A stretch of DNA of 40,957 nt from Phycisphaerales bacterium. Lineage in GTDB: Bacteria > Planctomycetota > Phycisphaerae > Phycisphaerales > SM1A02. The position numbers and the translations under genes are program-made. Positions 18,448 through 26,106 of the stretch are shown here, in pieces. How positions within the stretch are numbered: position 1 is the first letter of the stretch; each line of letters starts with the position of its first letter. The notes below the pieces were generated by a model. That model was given only the letters and a program-made list of their open reading frames with translations. It did no database searches and was not told the origin of the DNA. Where the stretch lies: positions 1 through 40,957 of the forward strand of contig JBILFU010000001.1 in the NCBI GenBank assembly GCA_044351405.1, read 5' to 3'.

Positions 18448-18831
18448 TCAGTGCCCGTTCTGCTTGTCGTACGCGGCGGCGTCCATGAGGCCGGCCGCCT
18501 TCGAGAGGTCGCAGCCCGAGAGCCGCACCAGCCAGCCCTTCCCGAAGGGGTCGCTGTTGAGGAGCGACGGATCCTTGTGCGCCGCGTCGTTCACCGCGGC
18601 CACGGTGCCCGCGCACGGCACGTAGATCTCGCTCGAGGTCTTCACGCTCTCGACCTCGCCGACGGTGCCGCCCGCGGAGACGGCGGTCCCGGCCGGCTTC
18701 ATCTCCACGAAGGTGATGTCGGTGAGCGCGTCGGCCGCATGCTGGGTGATCCCCATGGTGACGGAGCCGTCCGGCTCCTGGCGGAACCACTCGTGCGTCT
18801 CGGTGTAGCGGCAGTTGGCGGGGCTCGGCAT
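18448..18831 (-). CDS. gcvH: Glycine cleavage system H-like lipoyl carrier protein
   Basis: From ATG 18831: MPSPANCRYTETHEWFRQEPDGSVTMGITQHAADALTDITFVEMKPAGTAVSAGGTVGEVESVKTSSEIYVPCAGTV...DPFGKGWLVRL. It has the lipoyl-lysine motif ESVK. 127 aa. The track ORF (368 aa) over-extends at the 5' end. Confidence 0.88.
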   Translation of the reverse strand: MPSPANCRYTETHEWFRQEPDGSVTMGITQHAADALTDITFVEMKPAGTAVSAGGTVGEVESVKTSSEIYVPCAGTVAAVNDAAHKDPSLLNSDPFGKGWLVRLSGCDLSKAAGLMDAAAYDKQNGH

Positions 18832-18933
18832 CGCTGTTCTCCGGGTGCGGGCCGCGCCGCGATCCTCGCGGCGGCGTGCTCGGGGCGGGAATGATAGCCG
18901 CGTGGTTAGACTGCGGACCTCCCGGTTCCCCCG

Positions 18934-19740
18934 ATGCTCCTCACCGTCTCCACCCGGTCCCTCCAGCACGTCAAGCGCGAGAAGGAGCCGATCGCCCCGC
19001 TCGACGTGCCCGACTTCGTGGCGGAGCAGCTCGGGCTGAAGGGCCTCAACGTCTTCTCCTCGCTCCTGCGCGGCATGGCCGCCAGGGACCTCGAGCGCCT
19101 GCGCGACCGCGCCGACCGCGCGCGCTGCCCGGTGCTGGTGCTCGTCGACGAGACTCCGCTCGACTTCGGCGGCGACGCCGCGGCGGGCTCGATGCGCCGC
19201 GTCGAGACGCTCGGCCTGGCCGCGAGCAAGCTGGGCGCGCCCGCGGTCGCGGTGGAGCTGGCGGCGCTGCCGCCGGAGCGGTTCGAGCACTACGCCGCCA
19301 ACGTGAAGCGCGCCCTCGCGGGGATCGAGCGCTTCGAGACGCACCTCCTGGTTCGCCCGGGCAGCGGCCCGGCGGGCGACCCGCAGCGCCTCGCCGAGCT
19401 CATCAAGAAGATCGGCGGCTTCCGCATCGGCAGCATGCCCACCTTCGCGCACGCGGCGGCCGCCGCCGACGAGGGCGACTTCATCCGCCGGCTCTGCCCC
19501 TACGCGCAGGCGGTCGAGGCGAGCGTGAAGGCGTTCGGCAAGTCCGGCAAGCACGACTCCTGGGACCTGGTGGCGCTCCTCGACGCGGTCCGCAACGTCG
19601 GCTACCAGAACACCCTGTGCATCGACTACTCCGGCAAGACCGCGCCGGTCGCCACCATCGAACGCGCCCGCGACCTGCTCGCCGCGGCGATCGACCCCGC
19701 GGAGGACGACGAAGAGGACGGCGGCGAGGAGGCGGATTGA
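18934..19740 (+). CDS. Sugar-phosphate isomerase/epimerase-like (xylose isomerase-fold TIM barrel) protein
   Basis: The overall pattern (LGLKGLNV..., AASKLGAPAVAVEL, ETHLLVRPGSG, GFRIGSMPTFAH, WDLVALLDAVRNVGYQNTLCIDY) resembles AP-endonuclease-2/xylose-isomerase-like TIM-barrel proteins. It has an acidic C-terminal tail. Assigned by eye only. Confidence 0.5.
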   Translation: MLLTVSTRSLQHVKREKEPIAPLDVPDFVAEQLGLKGLNVFSSLLRGMAARDLERLRDRADRARCPVLVLVDETPLDFGGDAAAGSMRRVETLGLAASKLGAPAVAVELAALPPERFEHYAANVKRALAGIERFETHLLVRPGSGPAGDPQRLAELIKKIGGFRIGSMPTFAHAAAAADEGDFIRRLCPYAQAVEASVKAFGKSGKHDSWDLVALLDAVRNVGYQNTLCIDYSGKTAPVATIERARDLLAAAIDPAEDDEEDGGEEAD

Positions 19741-20459
19741 CCGCGTCGCCCGGCGTCATCGTCACCATGGACGGTCCCGCCGGGACGGGGAAGAGCTCCG
19801 TCGCCTGGAAGCTCGCGCAGCGCCTGGGGCTCGAGGTGCTCGACACGGGCGCGATGTACCGCGCGGCCGCGGTGGTGGCGATCGACGAGGGCGTGCCCGC
19901 CGACGACGGCGACGCGCTCGCCGCGCGCATCGCGGAGGAGGGGCTGGCCTTCGACTGGTCGTGCCATCCGCCGCGGCTCCTCCTCGGCGGGCGCGACCTC
20001 ACCGAGCGGATCCGCGACGCCGACGTCAACGTGGTCGTGAGCGTGGTCGCGCGCCAGGCCGCGCTGCGGGCCGCGATGGTCGGCGCGCAGCGGACCATCG
20101 GCGCCGCGCACCCGCGCCTGGTGACGGAGGGCCGCGACCAGGGGTCGGTGGTCTTCCCGGACGCCGCGGTGCGCTTCTACCTCGACGCGCATCCGGAGGT
20201 CCGCGCGCGCCGGCGCGTCGAGCAGATGCGCGCGCAGGGCCGCCCGGCGGACTACGAGGCCGTCCTGCGCGCGATCCAGCAGCGCGACCACCTCGACGAG
20301 ACGCGATCCGACGGGCCGCTCCTCTGCCCCGAGGGCGCGCAGCGCGTCGACACCAGCCTCCTCTCCCTCGACCAGGTGGTCGAGGAGCTCGAGCGCCGCG
20401 TGCGCGCGAGCGTCCCGCCCGCGCTCCTCGCGCCGCACCGCGCGGCGCAGCCGGCATGA
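19737..20459 (+). CDS. cmk: Cytidylate kinase
   Basis: TTG at 19737 overlaps the upstream TGA (TTGA) and gives MTASPGVIVTMDGPAGTGKSSVAWKLAQRLGLEVLDTGAMYRAAA...VTEGRDQGSVVFPDA...RR. The later ATG at 19767 would remove the beta-strand preceding the P-loop. Confidence 0.85.
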   Translation: MTASPGVIVTMDGPAGTGKSSVAWKLAQRLGLEVLDTGAMYRAAAVVAIDEGVPADDGDALAARIAEEGLAFDWSCHPPRLLLGGRDLTERIRDADVNVVVSVVARQAALRAAMVGAQRTIGAAHPRLVTEGRDQGSVVFPDAAVRFYLDAHPEVRARRRVEQMRAQGRPADYEAVLRAIQQRDHLDETRSDGPLLCPEGAQRVDTSLLSLDQVVEELERRVRASVPPALLAPHRAAQPA

Positions 20460-21205
20460 TGGGCCTCGGCGACGCGGCGCGCCGCGCGCCCGGTCGCGGC
20501 GCGCTGAGCGTCGCGTGGTTCACGCTGTGCGCCGCGCTCCTCTTCTGGGGCTTCCGCCTCGTCTGGCGGCTCCGCGTCACGGGCCTCTCCAACCTGCCGC
20601 GCTCGGGCGGCATCCTGGTCGTCAGCAACCACCAGAGCTTCCTCGACCCGCCGGTCTGCGGCAGCTCGATCCGCGATCGCCCGTACACGATCATCGCGCG
20701 CGAGAGCCTGTTCCGCTTCGCGCCGTTCGGCGCGCTGATCCGGAGCTTCGGCGCGGTGCCGATCGAGCGCGGCTCGGGGGACATGGGCGCGCTGCGCACG
20801 GCGATCGCGCAGCTGGCGATGGGCCGCTGCGTCTTCATGTTCCCGGAGGGCACGCGCAACGAGGACGGCCGCACCAAGGCGCTGAAGCCGGGCGTCGCGC
20901 TCCTCGCGCGCCGGGCGCGCGCGCCCGTCGTCCCCATGGCGATCGAGGGCGCGAACGACCTGTGGCCGCGGACGCGCGCGCTGCCGCGCCTGCGCGGGCG
21001 CCTCGAGGTCGAGGTCGGCGAGCCGATCCCGGCGGCGACGGTCGAGGAGTGGTCGCGCGAGGGCGCGGACGTCCTGCTCGAGCGCATGCGCCGGCGGATC
21101 GAGGAGCTGCGCATGCGCTGCCGCGCGCGGATGCGCGAGCGCTCCGGCGGCAGGTGGCCCGCGCCCGGGCCCGCCGACCGCCCGTACTGGGAGGGCGCCC
21201 CGTGA
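20456..21205 (+). CDS. plsC: 1-acyl-sn-glycerol-3-phosphate acyltransferase
   Basis: ATGA overlap with the cmk stop. N-terminal TM segment, HX4D motif VVSNHQSFLDPP, FPEGTRNEDG and VVPMAIEG blocks. Confidence 0.85.
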   Translation: MMGLGDAARRAPGRGALSVAWFTLCAALLFWGFRLVWRLRVTGLSNLPRSGGILVVSNHQSFLDPPVCGSSIRDRPYTIIARESLFRFAPFGALIRSFGAVPIERGSGDMGALRTAIAQLAMGRCVFMFPEGTRNEDGRTKALKPGVALLARRARAPVVPMAIEGANDLWPRTRALPRLRGRLEVEVGEPIPAATVEEWSREGADVLLERMRRRIEELRMRCRARMRERSGGRWPAPGPADRPYWEGAP

Positions 21206-22449
21206 GCGGCGGCGACGGCCGCGGGCAGGGCGCGCCGGTCGCGCCGCGCGTCGCCGCGGCGTGGGTCGCCAGGCGGCTCCGCGAGGCGGGCTTCCGCGCG
21301 CTCTTCGCGGGCGGCTGCGTGCGCGACACGCTCCTCGGCCTCGAGGCGGCCGACTACGACGTCGCCACCGACGCGTCGCCCGAGGAGGTGCGCGGGGTCT
21401 TCCCGCGCGCGATCGGCGTGGGCGAGTCCTTCGGCGTGATGCTCGTGCGGCACGGCGGGCGCTCGGTCGAGGTCGCCACCTTCCGCGCCGACGGCTCCTA
21501 CGCCGACGGCCGCCGGCCGGAGGGCGTCCGCTTCACCGACGACCGCGAGGACGCGCTCCGCCGCGACTTCACCGTCAACGGCATGTTCGAGGACCCGGAG
21601 AGCGGCGAGGTGATCGACCACGTCGGCGGGCGCGCGGACCTCGAGGCGCGCGTCCTGCGCGCGATCGGCGTGCCCGAGGAGCGCATGCGCGAGGACCGCC
21701 TGCGCACGCTCCGCGCCGCGCGCTTCGCGGCGCGCTTCTCGCTCGCCGTCGATCCCGCCACCGAGACGGCCGTGCGGCGCTTCGCGGGTGACCTCGCCGC
21801 GGTGAGCCGCGAGCGCATCGGCAACGAGGTGCGGCGCATGCTCTCGCACCCGACCCGCGCGCGTGCCGCGTCGCTCGTGGAGGACCTGGGGCTGGCCGCC
21901 GCCGTGCTGCTCGAGCCGCCGGCCGTGCCCGACCTCTCGATCCTCGCCGCGCTGCCGCCGGGGGCGGGGCTGGAGGAGTCGCTCGCGGCGTGGATGCTCG
22001 GCCGCCCGGGCCCGGGCGGGGGGCCGGACCTCTCCGCGGCCCGCCAGCGCGCCTGGCGCGATGCCCTCGTCCTCTCCAACGGCGAGAGCGACCTCCTGGC
22101 CGCGATCCTGCTGCAGCTTCGCCGCATCCCGTCGGAGTGGCCCTCCGCGGACCGCGCGGGCCGCAAGCGCCTCGCGGCCGCGGCGGGCTTCCGTGGCGCC
22201 CTGGCCATCCTGCGCGCGGCCGGGAATCCGGCCGCCGACGCCGTGGCGGCCGACCTCCCGCCCCTGGAGGCGGAGGGACTGTCGCCGGCGCCCTTCGTCA
22301 CCGGGGACGACCTCGTGGCGCTCGGCATGAGCCCCGGGCCCGCGTTCCGGCCGCTCCTCGACCGCGCCTACGACCTGCAGCTCAACGGCACGGTCCGCGA
22401 CCGGGCGGCCGCCCTCGTGGCCGTGCGATCGTGGATTCCGGCATCCTGA
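21202..22449 (+). CDS. cca: CCA-adding tRNA nucleotidyltransferase / poly(A) polymerase family protein
   Basis: GTGA overlap with the plsC stop. FAGGCVRDTLLGLEAADYDVATDA, FGVMLV, VATFRADGSY, RRDFTVNGMF, EDRLRTLRAARFAARF. The CCA-adding versus poly(A) assignment cannot be settled by eye. Confidence 0.8.
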   Translation: MSGGDGRGQGAPVAPRVAAAWVARRLREAGFRALFAGGCVRDTLLGLEAADYDVATDASPEEVRGVFPRAIGVGESFGVMLVRHGGRSVEVATFRADGSYADGRRPEGVRFTDDREDALRRDFTVNGMFEDPESGEVIDHVGGRADLEARVLRAIGVPEERMREDRLRTLRAARFAARFSLAVDPATETAVRRFAGDLAAVSRERIGNEVRRMLSHPTRARAASLVEDLGLAAAVLLEPPAVPDLSILAALPPGAGLEESLAAWMLGRPGPGGGPDLSAARQRAWRDALVLSNGESDLLAAILLQLRRIPSEWPSADRAGRKRLAAAAGFRGALAILRAAGNPAADAVAADLPPLEAEGLSPAPFVTGDDLVALGMSPGPAFRPLLDRAYDLQLNGTVRDRAAALVAVRSWIPAS

Positions 22450-22466
22450 GTAGACTTCGGGGTCCC

Positions 22467-23792
22467 ATGAAGACGCTCTTCCTCGTGGCCGTGCTTGCCG
22501 TCGCCGCCCCAGCGTTCGCGCAGTCGGGAGCCCCCGACGCACCCGAAGCCCCCGACGCGCCCGGCTCCGCCGATCCCGCCGCGTCCCCCGAGGGGGCCGG
22601 CCCCGGGACGGCCGCCCCGGCCGCGGCCGAGGCTCCCGCGAAGGCGCCGCCGCCCTTCACCCTCGGGCGAGGTTCCGAGGAGCGGAACGCCCCCAGCCCC
22701 TACGCGGTCGACACGCAGTTCGGCCGGCCGCCCAACGTCTACGTGATCCCGATGGAGGGCCTGATGGGCCTCGACATCCACGAGGTGGTCTACGCGAAGA
22801 TCCTGGCCGACCTCAAGGAGAAGAAGCCGGACCTGGTGGTCTTCCGCCTGAAGTCCTCCAACCACGGCGAGAAGGACTCCTACATGGAGGCGGTCGCCAA
22901 CTCGTCCGACGAGGACAAGGTCGACCCGCGCCGCCTGGCGAGCGCCATCACCGACTACCGCGACCTGGCGGCGCGGCTGCAGTCGGAGATCGGCTCCGTG
23001 CCGAGCGTCATGTACGTGGTCGACGCGCGCGGCGTCTCCTGCGTCTATGCGCTCGCGTGGCCCTACATGTTCATGGCGCCCGACTCGAAGATCGCCGGGC
23101 TCGACATCGTGACCGAGCTCGCCGGCGGCAACGACGACGACATCAAGGCGAAGATGCTCAGCGCCTGGACCGGGATCGCCAAGGGCGTCCTGGAGCTGGG
23201 CGGCCACCCGCAGGCGCTCGCGGACGCGCTGGTCCGCCCGGACCGCGTCCTGAGCGCCGACATCGAGGGACGAAGCACCCGGTGGCGCGCCGACACCGAC
23301 GGGTCGTGGATCGTGGTGGACACGTCCATGGAGACCGCGGCGCGCTTCCCGGCGAAGCTGGCGGAGGACACCGGGCTCACCGAGGGCCTCGCGGACGACG
23401 TCCCCGACGTCCTGGGGCAGCTGGGCTACCCGGAGTTCACCATCATCGACAGCGGCGAGAAGATCTTCCGCGACTCCAACGCCGCCTGGCGCCGCCGCTT
23501 CGAGGAGTCCAAGAAGTGGATGGAGGAGTTCCAGGAGGAGATGGCCGACGAGCGCGAGCTCTCCAAGAAGAAGGCCATCATCGAGAAGATGCTCCAGAAC
23601 TTCAAGCAGTCGCCGCAGCTCGCGCGGATGTGGCAGTGGACGCGCGGGATCGACGAGACGCAGCTGAGGACCACGCTGGACCAGATCAACGAGCAGATCC
23701 GCGCCTACCAGAAGTCCAAGAGCTCCACGCGCGGCTCGAAGGGCTCGAAGGGCGGCGGCGGCGGCGGCCCCGGCGCGCCGTTCGGACGCTGA
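22467..23792 (+). CDS. Secreted ClpP/NfeD-like fold protein, paralog 1 (canonical S/TPGG block not evident), with a Lys/Glu-rich helical C-terminal region
   Basis: Signal peptide MKTLFLVAVLAVAAPAFA|Q, then a Pro/Ala-rich linker. VYVIPMEGLMGLDIHEVVYAKILADLKEKKPDLVVFRLKSSNHG resembles the N-terminal strand-helix-strand of NfeD/SppA-type proteases, but SSNHG replaces the xPGG motif. C-terminal tail SKGSKGGGGGGPGAPFGR. Confidence 0.5.
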   Translation: MKTLFLVAVLAVAAPAFAQSGAPDAPEAPDAPGSADPAASPEGAGPGTAAPAAAEAPAKAPPPFTLGRGSEERNAPSPYAVDTQFGRPPNVYVIPMEGLMGLDIHEVVYAKILADLKEKKPDLVVFRLKSSNHGEKDSYMEAVANSSDEDKVDPRRLASAITDYRDLAARLQSEIGSVPSVMYVVDARGVSCVYALAWPYMFMAPDSKIAGLDIVTELAGGNDDDIKAKMLSAWTGIAKGVLELGGHPQALADALVRPDRVLSADIEGRSTRWRADTDGSWIVVDTSMETAARFPAKLAEDTGLTEGLADDVPDVLGQLGYPEFTIIDSGEKIFRDSNAAWRRRFEESKKWMEEFQEEMADERELSKKKAIIEKMLQNFKQSPQLARMWQWTRGIDETQLRTTLDQINEQIRAYQKSKSSTRGSKGSKGGGGGGPGAPFGR

Positions 23793-23823
23793 CGCGCCTG
23801 CGCGACCCACCAGGAGGCAAGCC

Positions 23824-24942
23824 ATGAAGATCCCCACCACCCCGTCCCTCGCGCTCCTCTGCTCCGCGGCCCTCGCGGCGGCCGCGGCGCCGCCCCCGTC
23901 GCCGGCGCAGCCCGCCGCGCCCGGCACCTCCGCGAAGCAGCCCGCGCCCGCCGGCGCCAAGGTCGACTCGCGCGGCTTCACGCTCGACGAGCGCGGCTAC
24001 CGGGTGTCGCCCAAGCCGGGCGTGTTCGTGCTGCCCTGGTCCGGGGGCGTCGGCCAGACGGCCAACGCGAAGGAGATCGCCGACATCGGCGCCGAGGCCG
24101 ACAAGTGGGGCCCGGGCCAGATCATCGTGCTCGACATCGACAGCCCCGGCGGCCGCGTGACGGAGATCTTCAAGATCATCGACGCGATCGCCAAGGTCCG
24201 CGAGCGCCACCGCGTCGTGGTCTGGGTGCGCGAGGCCATCTCCGCCGCGGCCATCACCTCCATGCAGTGCGACGAGATCTACTTCCGCAAGGTCGGCGCG
24301 CTGGGCGCGGCCATGGTGATCAACGGCGCGGACAGCGCGCCGCCGGAGATCGTCGAGCGGTTCCGGACCGACGTGGCGCCCATCGTCGAGCGCAACGGGC
24401 GCCCGCGCGCCGTGTTCGAGGCCATGGTGCTCGCCAACGCGGTGCTCACCTACACCAAGGACCCGGTCACGGGCAAGGTGACCTGGCACGACAAGGTCAC
24501 CGGCCTCCCCGGCGAGGTGGTGCTCTCCGACGAGAAGGAGAACCTCACCTTCAACGCCAGCAACGCGCTCGACTCGGGCTTCAGCAAGGGAACCGCCGAC
24601 AGCGAGAAGGAGCTTGCCGCGCTGCTCGGCCTCCAGGAGTGGTACGAGATCAGCGACGCGGGCCGCAAGGCATCCGCAACGCTGGTCCGGAACTACAAGG
24701 AATGCGAGAAGGACCTGCAGCGCATGCAGCAGGGCATGGGCGTGCAGCGCGGCTCCGAGGTCGAGCAGCTGCGCTACCAGGTGACCGCGCTCGAGAAGGC
24801 GCTCGCCTGGGCCAAGCGCTGCCCGCCGTGCGCCACCAACGTCTTCGGCGGGTTCGACGTCGGCGACGTCGTCGAGCAGCTGGGCAAGCAGCTCAAGGAC
24901 GCCAAGAAGCGCCTGGCCGACGCACGCAAGGCCGGTCAGTGA
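23824..24942 (+). CDS. Secreted ClpP-class (NfeD/SppA S49-like) serine protease homolog, paralog 2
   Basis: AGGAGG lies 6 nt upstream of the ATG. N-terminal signal-like segment LALLCSAALAAAAA. IIVLDIDSPGGRVTEIFKIIDAIAKVRERHRVVVWVREAISAAAITSMQCDEIYF matches the NfeD/SppA pattern (L-D-T/S-P-G-G ... A-x-S-A-G/A). Coiled-coil-like C-terminus. Confidence 0.6.
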   Translation: MKIPTTPSLALLCSAALAAAAAPPPSPAQPAAPGTSAKQPAPAGAKVDSRGFTLDERGYRVSPKPGVFVLPWSGGVGQTANAKEIADIGAEADKWGPGQIIVLDIDSPGGRVTEIFKIIDAIAKVRERHRVVVWVREAISAAAITSMQCDEIYFRKVGALGAAMVINGADSAPPEIVERFRTDVAPIVERNGRPRAVFEAMVLANAVLTYTKDPVTGKVTWHDKVTGLPGEVVLSDEKENLTFNASNALDSGFSKGTADSEKELAALLGLQEWYEISDAGRKASATLVRNYKECEKDLQRMQQGMGVQRGSEVEQLRYQVTALEKALAWAKRCPPCATNVFGGFDVGDVVEQLGKQLKDAKKRLADARKAGQ

Positions 24943-24952
24943 CCGGCGGCGG

Positions 24953-25996
24953 TCAGCCGACCTCGCGGCGCTGGAAGAGCGCGACGGCGATGCCCATCGC
25001 CGCGACGATCGCCAGGACTCCGTACGCGGCAGAGGGCAGCACGTAGGAGAGCGGGATCGCCCGCTTCTGCTGCACCGCGTCGGAGAGCCAGAACACCTGG
25101 AAATTCGGCACCACCGCGTAGGCGGCCTTCAGCGCCGCCAGCTTGGCGTGGGCCGCGTCGAACGCCGTGCCCGGGCTGCCCTCGGCGGCAAGCCGCTCGA
25201 GCGTGGCGGACAGCTCGCGCATGGGCCGCGCGAAGAGCCAGTCGCTCATCAGGCCGATCAGGAAGCTGCCGAAGGTGACGCCCAGCGTCACGACCTGCCC
25301 GAACCGGGTCGACGTGGCGACCGCGATGCTCGCCAGCACCAGCAGCCCCAGCCACATCATGGAGATGGCCACCCAGAGCTGCCCGCGGAACTGCGCCGCC
25401 GGCGCCACCGGGGTCCAGTCCTTGCCGAACACCAGGCACACGAGGTACGCGACCGCCAGGAGCGGCAGCCCGAACCCGAGCACCGATGCCGGGAAGCTCC
25501 ACCCGTAGAAGTAGTTGCACCACGCCGACGCCGCCACCGTCGCGGCGAGCGCCCCGATGCCGAGGGCGAGCACCGGGAAGTGGTAGGGCGTCATCACGGT
25601 CGGCATGGTGCCGTGCATGTCCGTGAGCATGAAGGCGCACGAGAGGAACGCGGTGCAGGCGGTGAGCGCAGCCGCCACGCCGAGGAACTTGCCCCAGACG
25701 AACACCGGGCGGCCCACGGGCTTCGAGACCACGGTGAGCGCCGTGCGCACCTCGATCTCCCTGCTGAGCGCGCTGGTGGCCAGGAACGCCGCGAGCACGG
25801 TGCCGCACACGAACACCGTGGAGAGCCCCAGGTCCACGAACATCCGCTGGTCGTCCATCAGCGTGAAGCCGCTGAAGGGGACGGACAGCACGATCAGCAG
25901 GACGCCCGCCACCAGCACGGCCAGGGTGACGGGCTGGCGCACGCACTCGACGGCGGTGTTGCGGGCGATCGCCCAGAGCTGGGGAAGGAAGTCCAT
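24953..25996 (-). CDS. ABC-2 type transporter permease (NosY/GldF-like), 347 aa
   Basis: From ATG 25996: MDFLPQLWAIARNTAVECVRQPVTLAVLVAG..., then SALSREIEVRTALTVVSKPVGRPVFVWGKFLG, the characteristic E-x3-T-x6-KPV-x-R..GK block of ABC-2 permeases. About 6 hydrophobic segments. The track start (26128) adds an Arg-rich non-protein-like extension. Confidence 0.7.
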   Translation of the reverse strand: MDFLPQLWAIARNTAVECVRQPVTLAVLVAGVLLIVLSVPFSGFTLMDDQRMFVDLGLSTVFVCGTVLAAFLATSALSREIEVRTALTVVSKPVGRPVFVWGKFLGVAAALTACTAFLSCAFMLTDMHGTMPTVMTPYHFPVLALGIGALAATVAASAWCNYFYGWSFPASVLGFGLPLLAVAYLVCLVFGKDWTPVAPAAQFRGQLWVAISMMWLGLLVLASIAVATSTRFGQVVTLGVTFGSFLIGLMSDWLFARPMRELSATLERLAAEGSPGTAFDAAHAKLAALKAAYAVVPNFQVFWLSDAVQQKRAIPLSYVLPSAAYGVLAIVAAMGIAVALFQRREVG

Positions 25997-26049
25997 GGCG
26001 GGCCTCGTCCGCGCCGGGACGGCTCCTCGGCGGCGGGAATACACTACCT

Positions 26050-26064
26050 TGGCACGCCCGTTCC
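26050..26064 (+). promoter_or_regulatory. Sigma-54-like -24/-12 element TGGCACG-cccg-TTCC upstream of the SPFH operon
   Basis: Matches TGGCACG-N4-TTGCW in 14 of 15 specified positions, including the W position. The near-invariant -12 GC reads CC. It is intergenic, correctly oriented, and ~43 nt upstream of the ATG at 26107. It is the only intergenic TGGCAC I saw in the window. Confidence 0.3.
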
Positions 26065-26106
26065 CGTCCGGACCGCAGCGCCCCGATTTCCCGCCGACCG
26101 CCCGCG

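Noticed and set aside
23751-23768. (GGC)6 trinucleotide repeat
   Set aside because: It simply encodes the GGGGGG stretch in the disordered C-terminal tail of the first NfeD-like protein. It is in-frame and unremarkable in a GC-rich genome.
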